A program made the position numbers and the translations under genes. The notes under the pieces were generated by a model. It did not search any database. It was not told where the DNA came from and worked only from the letters and a program-made list of their open reading frames with translations. From assembly GCA_035084275.1 (NCBI GenBank), contig CM068743.1:42594001-42658000 (forward strand): DNA of 64,000 bases. The letters run 5' to 3'. The stretch is from Hydrolagus colliei (lineage: Eukaryota). The stretch's first letter is position 1; each line of letters begins with the position of its first letter. Shown here in pieces: positions 1 to 10,270 of this stretch.

Positions 1-369
1 TCTGCACCCCGCCTACCTCTCTGACCCCCTCTCTCCTCAAACCAGCTTCCATTGCCTTCGCTCCACCGGGTCTGGCCTCCTCCATGTCCCCCCGAATCCT
101 CCGCTCCACCCTCGACGGCTGGGCCTTCAGCCACTATGCCCCGAGGCTCTGGAATTCCCTTCCTCACTAGCTTTGTCTTGCCTCCTCTTTTCTCAGCTTC
201 AGGTTCAACAGATGTGAACGTCACTGAAAACCTTTCTCTTCGACCGCACCTTTGGTCACCTTTCTACCCCTGCCCCTGGCTAGGTCCCGGCATCCATTTT
301 TGTGAGGCACTCTGAGACGCCGTCCGGTGTGGAGGGTGTTATACAAATCAAAGTTGTTATGGTTGTTGT
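1..369 (+). mobile_element. L2-clade LINE 3' end fragment
   Basis: Resembles the 3' end of the L2 at 43770-44150 (GGCTGGGCCTTCAGCCACTATGCCCCGAGGCTCTGGAATTCCCTTCC = GRAFS..P.LWNSLP) and ends in a GTT-rich tail. Confidence 0.8.
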
Positions 370-549
370 AGCAGGGGTTGGTGGGGGGGCAGCGGAAGAT
401 TGTTATCCAGGTTTCCTGCTGTTCACTCCATTCCTAAATAACCTCTTGTAACACTGAGTGAAAAAATATTAAATTGATATCATAATTCTCACTTGTGATA
501 CTTGATCACATTCTTCTCCTGCCAGTGCCCAATTCAAACACTAATAGAA

Positions 550-820
550 TCAGGGGCCATAACCTCCAATTTTGAAGGGAATATATTCAAAACTAATCTG
601 CAAAAACCCTATTTCAGTGAGCAAGTTATTAAATGTATGGAACAGGCTCCCTAAGGAGATAGTGGAAGCATAAATTATTATTCTTTCAAAACCAAGTTAG
701 ATAAATTTATTTTAGGAAATAATATCATGGGATATATTTAGTTTGGGATATGACATGTGCATGGTGGAAGGCAAATGGAATGAGCCTTGGTCTTCTTTCA
801 TCTAACAATTCTTATGTTTG
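550..820 (+). mobile_element. CR1 LINE 3' fragment
   Basis: AGGGGCCATAACCTCC...TATTTCAGTGAGCAAGTT...TGGAACAGGCTCCCT (RGH..K...YFS..V...WNRLP); similar to 27620-27800 and 57430-57600. Confidence 0.75.
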
Positions 821-1689
821 TGAATGTTACCCTTTACATAATCCTTCCCTTTGATAATCCTTACATTACATGAATCCCAAGTTATGCCCCACAGTTTGGG
901 GACATCCTTCTGGTGTGAGGCATTTGAACCATTGAAGAGAGTTCAGAAATAGAAAAAAATAATGCTGTAGTGAGAGTTATTGGTCTTTGGGAATAGATGC
1001 TTACAAAAAGCTGTGTTTATTAGCTCTTTCAAAGAAAAACAATAAATGTACTCTGTCTCTGAAGGCAATGAAGGCAGATTTCAATAATAGTGATAATAAT
1101 AATCTTTACAAACGACTTTCACATCTGTTGGCATCCCAAAACACAGGATATAATGGATAGTCTAGTGCTTATACTTGTATTTACATACACTTGTATACTT
1201 ATGATCAACAGAAGTTGCAGCAATTCCCACCCCTCACCCCCCATTATAAAATGCCACAACAGACATGAAATATGTCGACTTACATTTTTAAACAAAGGAC
1301 TATAATTTTTAAAATATAGACATTTATGCCAATTTAAACATCACATAATATTTTAACAGAAAAACATACAGAATGATCTTAAACACAATTTGCACAAAGC
1401 TAATGCTTGTAAATATGGATAAATACTGTTTTTATTATTGTTATTGTTTTCATAACTGACTATCAGTGTATGTTTACGCAACAACAACAACTTTGATTTA
1501 TATAGCATCCTCCAAGGCGGACAGTGTCTCAGAGCGCTGCTAAACTGACAATATATTCTGAAAGTTCTCTATATATGTTTTAATAACACAGGCTTGTTTG
1601 TTAGGTTAGTCCATTTCTATTCATCTAAAATGCATTCAGATCTTGTAGGAAAAGAACAACTGTACTGAAATAGTTGGATTAAATCTTTT

Positions 1690-2030
1690 ACCATTGGAAT
1701 TCGTCAACATATGCTTCACAGATAGATGTAGGTAAATGGACAGCTGATCTGAGAGGAAATGTGGAGCAGGACCTCAGGTTAAGCGGAGTGAAAGATTGTC
1801 GTTCTTTAGTTGAATTGGGGCAATATTTGGGGATAGGTGCCGGCTTATTCCAGATCCTCAGTTATTCAGGAAGAATTCAAACAGCAAACATTTCTTCCAG
1901 TACACAGCTAACAAAGGCTGCGTGAGTATATGAGGAAAAAGCACAATGATTTCAATAAAATTATTGGTGTGAATGCTGAGTTGAATATACTCTCCGTTTT
2001 ACCAGCAGATCAGGTCCGCACCAGCTTTTG
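1690..2030 (+). mobile_element. Probable ancient L1/Tx1-clade ORF2 C-terminal relic
   Basis: Frameshifted translation IQEEFK / HFFQY / QRLREYMRKK resembles the fish L1 ORF2 motif lqxxF...FFxYLQLRxY; motif recall only. Confidence 0.3.
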
Positions 2031-2149
2031 TCTTTGCTCATTAAGGTTAGCATTCATTTTATTCCATCAGAAATGTAACAGAATATCAGCCTCACATTGT
2101 TAACTGATTATGGAAACATCCTCCTCGTTGGCCTTCCTGATTTTTCCCT

Positions 2150-2691
2150 TCACAAGCTACAGATCATCCAGAACTCATAAGTTTGTGCCCTCACCCGCAT
2201 CAAGCTACACAGCCACATCACTCATACCCTCGTCCGGTTCCATTGGCTCCCCATCACCCAGAGGATCAAATTCAAGATCCTCGTCCTCACTTTCAAGGCC
2301 ATTCACAGCCGTGCCCCCCCCACCTCTCTGACCAGATGTTCCAGTATGAACCTCCTAGCCCCTCCATTCAGCGGGCTCCGGATTGCTCCATGTCTCCCAC
2401 CCGACCCACCCTACCATTGGCGGATGGGCTTTCAGTCTCTCTGCCCCCACACTCTAGAACTCCAAACCACAGTCCCTTCACCTCGCTCCCTCCCTCGCTT
2501 CATTCAAGGCTGGTCTCAAGATCCTTCTGTTGCCCTGCTAACTCTCTCCCTCCCTCCTAACTCTTTCCTGCCCCCTCACCCCTACCCTGCCCTTCTCCCT
2601 TGCTTGGGTCTCAACCTGACTGCTCAGCTACTTGGTACGTCCTCCCGATGTGAAAGGCACTCGATAAATGTCATTTTTTTGTTGTTGTTGT
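2150..2691 (+). mobile_element. L2 LINE 3' fragment
   Basis: CATTGGCTCCCCATCACCCAGAGGATCAAATTCAAGATCCTCGTCCTCACTTTCAAGGCC (HWLPI.QRI.FKILVLTFKA), 3' stem-loop and (TTG)n tail. Confidence 0.9.
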
Positions 2692-2769
2692 CAGTCCCAG
2701 CTATAACAGCGCAAGCTGTTTCATCAGCTCATTTTTTGGTATTCTTTTATCTGACTAATTCCTGGGGCT

Positions 2770-2968
2770 AATATTCCCTTAAAATAAATAATAATTTATT
2801 CACTCACTTTACGACTGTTTGTGTACACTGCTGTGTGCAATTGGCTGTCCATTTCTCCACAAATATACAGTCACTAATCTTTACTGTATGTTCTGTGAAG
2901 TGCATTGAGATATCTAGAGGGTGTGATAAGGCACAGGGTCAAGTGCAAGGATTAATATTATTATTATA
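2770..2968 (+). mobile_element. Deu-core SINE, 5'-truncated
   Basis: CTGCTGTGTGCAATTGGCTGTC core plus ATT-repeat tail, matching full copies such as 14415. Confidence 0.8.
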
Positions 2969-3479
2969 CATATTCCCCAGGGATTTGCATGTTTATGGTG
3001 TGCTTGCAGGTCTGAGATAGCTGAAAAATTGTTTAGCTTCACAGTTGACTTGCTTTGAAGAAAAGCATTACATTGGCTGATTCAAAAACTAACTCTAAAC
3101 TGTTATTTGAAGATTTAGATGGGATTAGATGAGGTGAAAGATCATGTGGAGTATAAACATCAGTATGGGTTGTTTAGTCGAATATCCTTCTTTTGTGTGG
3201 TAATGTTCTATGTAACCTAAGCCATAAAATACTAGAAACTGGTATGTATACTGGTACTTGTACTGGTATGTATGAATTCAAATGTGACAATTCTCTATCA
3301 TAATGTAACACCTTTCTCTTTATGCATACTGTATAGCATGTCCACTAGTTGAAAAGCTAACATAATCACTAACAAAAAATGATTCTAATGGCTTGGTTAA
3401 CTGTGGCTACAGTACTTATGGTATGGCCCAATAATAATAATAAATATCATTAGTTTTAAAAAGGGCTGTATGTGGACCT

Positions 3480-3638
3480 TGCAATGCTATTTAATCCAAA
3501 ACATAATATAGATTCACTTGGTCCTTTAATTTCAACTTTACAAATCAAACTATTTCAAAAATCTGCCCAGCCACTTTCCCAGAATCATTTTATCTGTGCA
3601 TCATCCACATTGAATTGCCTTTAAAGCAATAAGCAACA
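3480..3638 (-). repeat. Gypsy 3' LTR (about 159 bp)
   Basis: Starts TG, ends CA. Shares AATATAGATTCACT...TTTACAAATCAA...CACTTTCCCAGAATC with 7511-7640. Adjacent TTTTCCTTC reads as a short polypurine tract on the minus strand. Confidence 0.85.
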
Positions 3639-4112
3639 TTTTCCTTCATTTAGCTTTTTCTCTGTTTTTCAATCTTGTTCTACCAATCTTGTTATCTTTT
3701 TATTTTTCTTCCACATCTGTTTGTCCTCACAGTTTCTGCTACTCTTTGTTCTACTTCTGCTTTTCCTTTTTCTCCTGTGTTTTTGTTGCTCTTTGTTTAA
3801 TCTCCCATGGTGTTCATAAATATATACAGGTTTCATTCCTTTTTCATCTTTTACACAATAGGATCTAGGTTTACTATCTTTCCCAAAAAACAGTTTTCCC
3901 CCAAAACAGCCTTATGTTTCTAATTTTTTACTGCCAAACCATGCAGCCCCTCCTTTTTTGAAAGTTTTATTTCCTTCTATGGCTCTTGGCCTTGTTTTTT
4001 CCAATTTCTTTGATTCAATACCTGTATTCTCAATTTAGTTTCCTCCCATCTCTTAACCTTTTGGACATCAACATCTGTGCCAGTGACTGATCATTTATCG
4101 GCCACATTTTCT

Positions 4113-4520
4113 TTATTGTTTGGATTGTTCTTTCAAGTGTCCCATTGCTTTGTGGGTGTTCTGGTGATGATATTGTGTAGTGTATATCGCAATGCTTTGT
4201 GATTTTTTAAAATATTCAGCACTCGCAATTTGTGGTCCCTTATCGTTTATTAATTCCTTAGGTATTTCATGCCTGGCTGATAAATCTTTATTTTTGTCTG
4301 TCATTTGTCTGTCAGTGCTTTGGGATATCCTTCCACATTAAAGGCGCTCCACGGATATCATTTTGCTCTTGTTGTTTCTGCAATTGTTGCAGTTATTCCT
4401 TCATATTCACTATACCTTGAGGCATAGTCTACCATCAATAAGTAATCTATCCCATTTTAACAGAACAAATCTGCCCTGTTTGTGTCCATGCCATGTTTGG
4501 TCTCAGATGCTCCATTAAAG
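4113..4520 (-). pseudogene. Gypsy integrase relic
   Basis: ARHEIPKELINDKGPQIAS resembles the consensus aRHGIPxxlxSDNGPQF; upstream DYLLMVDYAS resembles YLlvVDYyS; broken frames. Confidence 0.75.
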
Positions 4521-4610
4521 GTTCATGCCTTTCTCAATTTTCATGTCTTGTGCATGTCTTACACTTTCCAATGTAGTCCTTGATTTCTGTACTTATGCCT
4601 GGGCAAAATA

Positions 4611-5458
4611 CAGTAGAAGCCCATTTATCCGTGACTCGATGCACCAGCACTTTCGTATAACCGGCACGCCAAAACAAAAGGCCTCATTCGGTAAACCGGA
4701 ACTTATCCAGAACAATGGCAGTGGAGCATTTGTAATGCATAAATAATAACAGAATATTGTATTGATACTTATTGTTAAAACTAATCTCTTGCGCTTCTCA
4801 CCTTTGCTGGTAAATGCTGCACTTGAAGCCATGATGCTGCGTTTGAGGTTTATAGTCCAGCGATTATTTTTAAAATGGAGCATGCCAAGTGGGTGAAAAA
4901 AAAGGAACGCGACTTTAAAGTCATACTAGTGCAAGCCAATAACGCTAGCCGATAACCCACATTGTCGCGCAGGTGCAGTATTTTGGTTTGCCTCTAGTAG
5001 AGTCTAAGGGTTCGGTTTACCGCTAGTAAAGTTGCGCGACTTTAACATCGCGCTGCCATTTTTTTCACCTGCTTGGCGTCCTTCATTTATAAAAGAATCG
5101 CTGGACTGTAAAGCTCAATCAGTAATCATGCTGCTGAGACAGATTGAAAGAAGGAAGTGATTTTCTATTGTTTTGCATTCCACTAAAAGTCTTTCATGAG
5201 CTCCTTGTAACGTGCTGAGAGGCCATCCAAACCCGTTTTAAATTTCAGACTCCTTTCCATTATGGGGTCCACCTCCAAGCTTGACATCCCAAGTGTGCAT
5301 TGTGTGGGGCCAGCGTTGTCACAAGTGCGCATGCGTGTAGTGCGAGCCAGCGAGTATATGCAAGTTTTACGCACGTTACGCAAAAAAGTGACGCATTTGT
5401 TTCTTCTCGTATAGTTGAATTCTCAATCAAGAGTGTCGAGTTCGGCGAGGGTTAACTG
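4611..5458. mobile_element. TA-flanked pogo/Tigger-like non-autonomous DNA transposon inserted in Gypsy pol
   Basis: TA|CAGTAGAAGCCCATTTATCCG left end matches the element at 38853; right end ...GAGGGTTAACTG|TA; Gypsy pol sequence resumes on both sides. Confidence 0.7.
4853..5108. mobile_element. Nested hairpin MITE
   Basis: Imperfect inverted arms of about 70 bp (TAGTCCAGCGATTATTTT...GGTGAAAAAA...TTAAAGTC versus GACTTTAA...TTTTTTCACC...AAAAGAATCGCTGGACTG), flanked by TA. Confidence 0.7.
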
Positions 5459-5461
5459 TAA

Positions 5462-5900
5462 TTGATCATCCCTGCTATTTCTTCTAATATTTGTGACAAT
5501 TTTATTTGGAAAACCTCTTGTGCTGACTTCACACCAAAAGTCATTCTTTGGAAGCAATATCTCCCATATTGTGTCATAAACTATGTACTATCTTTTCACA
5601 ATTTGTCTAGCAAATATCCTAAGGTGCAATCTAATACCGAGAATTCACTAGCTCCATATTGAAAAGAATGCATATCTTCAATAGTGGGAATTCCATAATG
5701 TTCTCTTTTTATAGCCCTGTTTAACTGTTGTGCATCTAAACATATCCTTAATGTTTTGTCTGGTTTCTCTATGATTACCACCGCACTCACCCACGCAGTG
5801 ATTTTGTTTACCCTTTTCTATTATTTGGTCCCTTTCCATTTGGTCCAATTTTTTCTTTCAGTCAGTCCTTTATTCATTGCCTCTGGTTCTCTCCTGAATG
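5462..5900 (-). pseudogene. Gypsy reverse transcriptase relic
   Basis: ORF 5596-5790: SAVVIIEKPDKTLRICLDAQQLNRAIKREHYGIPTIEDM...FSVLDCTLGY; further along YGRYCFQRMTFGVKSAQEVFQ. Confidence 0.85.
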
Positions 5901-6142
5901 GTTGAATTAGTGGTGGTATTTTCCCTTCTAATCTTATTGTATACTCTCCTTTCATCAATCCTCTCTTTCCGAACACCTGTTTATATTCTCCTACTATTTA
6001 TTCTGTCTCTCTTGGTTCACTTTCCTCCATTTTTGTATTCCCAATTTGTTTTAATATTTCCATTTTTGTTATACCTTAGAATCCTAATAAAGTATTATCT
6101 TTGATTTTTTGCAATATAGAGGTACATTCTATAATCTCTCCC

Positions 6143-6214
6143 TTTGTATGAAGCGCTCTGGGACGCCATCCGGAGTGGAGGGCGCTATATAAATCAAAGT
6201 TGTTGTTGTTATTG
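6143..6214 (+). mobile_element. Short L2-type 3' tail inserted in the Gypsy element
   Basis: GAAGCGCTCTGGGACGCCATCCGGAGTGGAGGGCGCTATATAAATCAAAGTTGTTGTTG. Confidence 0.75.
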
Positions 6215-6679
6215 TAAGTCACTTCTATCTCTATTCTGCTTACTGTTTAAATTTTTCCTTTGTTATATGCCGTTAGTTCTCCTTTCTCTTTCTCCATTTT
6301 TTCCTTATTTGATTTTCCCAATTTTACATATTCTTTCCATGCCATCACAGTGGCCTATGTTCCTATATGTAATTTGCACTGAATCACTTTCCTTACTTTT
6401 TTACACCATCAATATAACATCCAGCTGATTTTTTTTTCTTTTTCTTTTATGAGTACACTCTTTATGAGTTTCACTGCTTTAATATTGTACATCACACATC
6501 TCTTCTTCACTTTCCCTGTATTCTATATTTGAGCTGTCTCTCCTTTCATGTTCCCCCGATTTAATTTGCCCAATTCTGGTTCTCCTCAGATTATTTAATC
6601 TCTTGTACTCTTTTCTTTCTGTTTGACTTTTCTCCTGTGCTTTATGTTTATTATATCTACTATATCTCCCTACATCTTT

Positions 6680-7400
6680 GCCTATTCTTACATAATCTTG
6701 CATAATGCCCACCTTTTGCAATAATAGCAATATTTTCCTTCTGCAAGACATCTCCTCACATGATGTTCAAATCTGCTTTTGCCACATTTGTCCAATCTTT
6801 TTGGCTTCCCTTTTGGCCTATATATTTTCTGCACTCCATATCTTTCAACTGTATCATTCGAACTTTGCCTGTTGGCTAGTTTATCTATTTCTGCTTCTCT
6901 CTCTATATGTCTCTCTTTTTGTTTCACCTCTTCTATCCCTTTATCTCCATTGCCAATTCTAACGTCAGATCCTTGTTTTTCAAAAGTTTTCCTCTTAATC
7001 TAGGATCTTTCTTATCTTGTCACATATCGTTTTGTTAGTGTTCCATAGTTGCAATTTTTAATTAGGGATCTCAGTACCGCACAGTACTGATTGAATGATT
7101 CTGTGGTTCCCTGCTTTCTTGTTCCCAAATTAAGTGGGTCAATTACCACATTATTTTTTCCACAACCTCTTTCCCTCATAATACACATCATCTGATGCAA
7201 TGGCATGTCCACGTCTCTTTCTACTTATACTGCTTCCTCGCCTGCTAAATTCAAAATATTGCAGACTGCTGTTCTTGTGACCGTTTCATTACGTTACCTG
7301 CTTGTCCAAAAATTGTGAAGTCTCTTTCACTCTGTTGCCAGTTGTGCCTTAATCTTCCAACCAACTTCAGTGGTCTTGATATCTGAATATACCTTGGTAT
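6680..7400 (-). pseudogene. Gypsy gag relic
   Basis: Minus-strand ORFs 7012-7212 and 6688-6927 with the Q...ES...Y...LR.L...C.YG motif and a zinc-knuckle-like Cys/His cluster. Confidence 0.75.
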
Positions 7401-7493
7401 ATTCTATTTAGAAATAGTTAATTCTATTTCTCTCCGCATTTTGCTATTCAATCTGTATTTCATCTTGTAAGTAGTTTCACTACAGGCTCCCGT

Positions 7494-7510
7494 TTACACT
7501 TCTAACACCA
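7494..7510 (-). promoter_or_regulatory. Gypsy primer-binding site
   Basis: Minus strand reads LTR-CA|TGGTGTTAGAAGTGTAA, close to the TGGTGTCAGAAGTG PBS (tRNA-Leu-like 3' end) common in fish Gypsy elements. Confidence 0.75.
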
Positions 7511-8452
7511 TGTAATGTTATATAATCTAAAACACAATATAGATTCACTCGATTGTTTAATTTCAAATTTACAAATCAACCATTTTCAAAATCTCCCCAG
7601 TCACTTTCCCAGAATCCTTTTATCCTTGCATCATCCTTGCTGGTATTCAACACTGAACTAAAAAAGGAACTGGAATGCTCATCTCTATACACAATGCACA
7701 GACCGAGATGTTGCCTTCAAGCCGCCATATTACGTAGTCCTCGAATACAATATACAGGTATACAAGGGGTGGGGGGAGAGGGGGAGAGAGAGAGGGAGGA
7801 GGGGAGAGGGGGGAAGGGGGGAGAGGGGGTGGGGTAGAGAGGGGGGGGAGAGAGAGAGACAGGTGGAGAGGGAGGGAGAGACAGGGAGACAGGGAGGGAG
7901 GGGGGGGAGAGAGAGACAGGGGGAGAGGGTGGAGAGAGTGGGGGGAGAGAGAGAGGGAATGTGATAATATACAGTATAATAGATAGACAGATAGACAGAC
8001 AGACAGACAGATATAGAGATTGGTGGGGGGGTGGGGGGGGGGGGATGTTAGAGAGGAGAGAGACACAGACACAGAGATGGAGAGAGTGAGTGTGAGAGAC
8101 ACACGGAGCGATATTTACCTCCTGAGGTGATAGGCCAACACCTCTCTCCCCTGACACTCTCTCTCCTCTCCCCTGTCCCACTCTCTCTGTCTCTCTCGCC
8201 CCTGTCTCTCTCTCTCTCCCCTGTCACACTCTCTCTGTTCCTCTCTCCCCTTTCCCTCTCTCCCCTCTCTCTGTCTCTCTCTCCCCTGTCCCTCTCTCCC
8301 GTTACACACACTCTCATCGCGTCGAGGACCAACCAAAACGGCGACCTCAGAAAATCGGTGGTGACACTTCGTGGTGGAGATGAGCATTCCAGTTCTTTTT
8401 TTAGTTCAGTTGTACTCAATGGTCACTTATGTCTTTAAAGTAATATATAACA
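7511..8452 (-). repeat. Gypsy 5' LTR, split by a MITE
   Basis: 7511-7646 matches the 3480-3638 LTR; similarity resumes after the MITE (CTTTAAAG...AACA at 8433-8452). Confidence 0.8.
7648..8412. mobile_element. MITE with TIRs of about 35 bp and a GA/CT-rich core
   Basis: CTGAACTAAAAAAGGAACTGGAATGCTCATCTC versus GAGATGAGCATTCCAGTTCTTTTTTAGTTCAG inverted termini; superfamily and TSD uncertain. Confidence 0.85.
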
Positions 8453-8580
8453 GACCTTGGGACCTGTCAAGAACATTCACACTAAGTTAGAGTCTGTTTT
8501 AAATCGATAATGTTTCCGGTTTTCCTTGATTGAATATTTCTTGATTTATGGCACATCAATTCCATCAAGAAAATGTATTT

Positions 8581-8787
8581 AAAACAAAACACTACAGATG
8601 CTGGGAATCTGAAACAAAAACAGAAGTTGCTAGGGAAACTCAGTAGGTCATGCAGCATCTGTGGAGAAAGGAAAAAGAGTCAACATTTCGGATGAAGGGT
8701 TGTAGACCCGAAACATTGACTCTTTTTCCTTTCTCCATGGATGTTGCCTGACCTGCTGAGTTTCCCTAGCAACTTCTGTTTTTGTTT
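8581..8787 (+). mobile_element. Penelope-like non-autonomous hairpin element
   Basis: Inverted arms of about 80 bp (8612-8691 / 8708-8787), 14-bp direct repeat AAGAAAATGTATTT on both flanks (8567-8580, 8788-8801), central GATGAAGGGT...ACCCGAAAC motif. Confidence 0.8.
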
Positions 8788-8855
8788 AAGAAAATGTATT
8801 TTGTTGGCCATCTAAAAGGGGTCAACAAAATACACTAAAAAGTGCATTGGAATTA

Positions 8856-9524
8856 CCGTATATCTCTGCGTATAAGGCGCAACCGCGTATAAGGCGCACC
8901 CCCCACTTTTGACCTTTTCTTGGTGAAATAAAAGGAAGCATTTTCAATGATATTGCCGGCAGAAGGGAGGAGAGACAGGAGAGACAGGTCGGTAGGGAGA
9001 GAGAGAGGCAGGCAGGCAGGGAGGGAGAGAGAGAGGGAGAGAGGCAGGCCGGCAGGCAGGGAGACAGAGAGGGAGAGAGGAGGCCGGCAGCCAGGGAGAG
9101 AGAGAGGCAGGCAGGCACGCAGGCAGGCAAGGAGAGAGAGAGGGAGAGAGGCACGCAGGCAGGCAGGGAGAGAGAGAGGGAGAGAGGCAGGCAGGCAGGG
9201 AGGGAGGGAGAGGCAGGCAGGCAGGGAGAGAGAGCGGCAGGGAAGGAGGCAGACTGGGTTAGGCAGAAGGCAGGCAGCAAGCACAGCACTGAAGTCCGCT
9301 GCTGCTGCCGCTGCCCGGGCGGCCGAGGCTGAAGCCCCGTCACCCGCTCCTCCCAACCCCCGCCGGACACTGACCAAACCCCGGCTGACAGCGCGCCGGC
9401 CGCCCCTCCTGTTTACTGTATTTCCGAGGCTCAAAATTTCTTGTACCTGCATATAGGGCGCACCCCCAACTTTAGAGATCTTCCGACGTGAAAAAAAGTG
9501 CGCCTTATACGCGGAGATATACGG
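8856..9524. mobile_element. Tc2-like (TcMar) non-autonomous element with GGCA/GA microsatellite core
   Basis: TA|CCGTATATCTCTGCGTATAAGGCGCA ... TGCGCCTTATACGCGGAGATATACGG|TA near-perfect 26-bp TIRs; CCGTA termini are typical of Tc2. Confidence 0.88.
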
Positions 9525-9974
9525 TACACTGTTGAGTTAAATAGTTCAGTAAATCTCAGTCAACAGGGCAAATTGGAAACACCAAACTTATTCAGAGCTT
9601 TTCTTTACTTCGTTAAGCATGATTAATCAAAATTAAAAAGTGAACTGCGCTCTAACTATTAATAGCCCCAAGCAACTGTGAAGATTTAGTTTCCTTATTA
9701 TACAATTCAGATTTCAATGCTGAGCCTGCTGCAATCGACACCAAATGTCATTCTTGACTGTATCCTATGGATATCTTCTGCCTCTACTGCTTTGCTGACT
9801 GGAAGGCTGTTCAACATTACTCAGTTCTCCATAAATATTAAAATTGATGCTTTTTATTGAGAGTATGTTTTGTATAATTGAACAACTGTAAAATAAAAGG
9901 GATTAGGATTTCTGCATGATAGCCAATAGAAACAGAGTGAAACAGAATTATATTGGCTGTATTTGTAATAATAG

Positions 9975-10270
9975 ACAACAACAACAATTTGCATTTATAT
10001 GGCGCCCTCCATGCCAGACGGCAACTCAAAGCGCTTCACAATAACAGATCCTGGGGCTGAGCTAGGGAGAAGAGGAAAAAGGTGACCAAAAGCGCTGTCT
10101 AAATGAAAAGTCTTTAGATGATCTGAAAATAGTAAAGAAGGGGGCGAGGTGAAGGGAATGAGGAAGGGAGTTCTAGAGCTTTGGGGCATAGTGGCTGAAG
10201 GCACGGCTGCTGATGGTGGAATGGAGGATTCGGGGACAAGAAAGAGGCCAGACCCAGTGGAGCGAAGGCA
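9975..10270 (-). mobile_element. L2 LINE 3' fragment
   Basis: (ACA)n tail, TTGCATTTATATGGCGCCC stem-loop, reverse complement of the 1-369 type sequence. Confidence 0.8.

Larger units (their letters stand above)
3480..8452 (-). mobile_element. Decayed Gypsy (Ty3) LTR retrotransposon with both LTRs and nested insertions
   Basis: Two similar TG...CA LTRs (3480-3638; 7511-8452 interrupted). 5-bp TSD GACCT at 3475-3479 and 8453-8457. PBS next to the 5' LTR. Minus-strand relics in gag-RT-IN order: QGTTESFNQYCAVLRSLIKNCNYGTL and a Cys/His knuckle (CGK..EHHVRRCLAEGKYCYYCKR), EKPDKTLRICLDAQQLNRAIKREHYGIPTIED (RT), HEIPKELINDKGPQ (IN). Confidence 0.92.

Noticed and set aside
7553-9456. Overlapping low-complexity ORFs of 90-199 aa
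   Set aside because: Translations of GA and GGCA repeats within MITEs.
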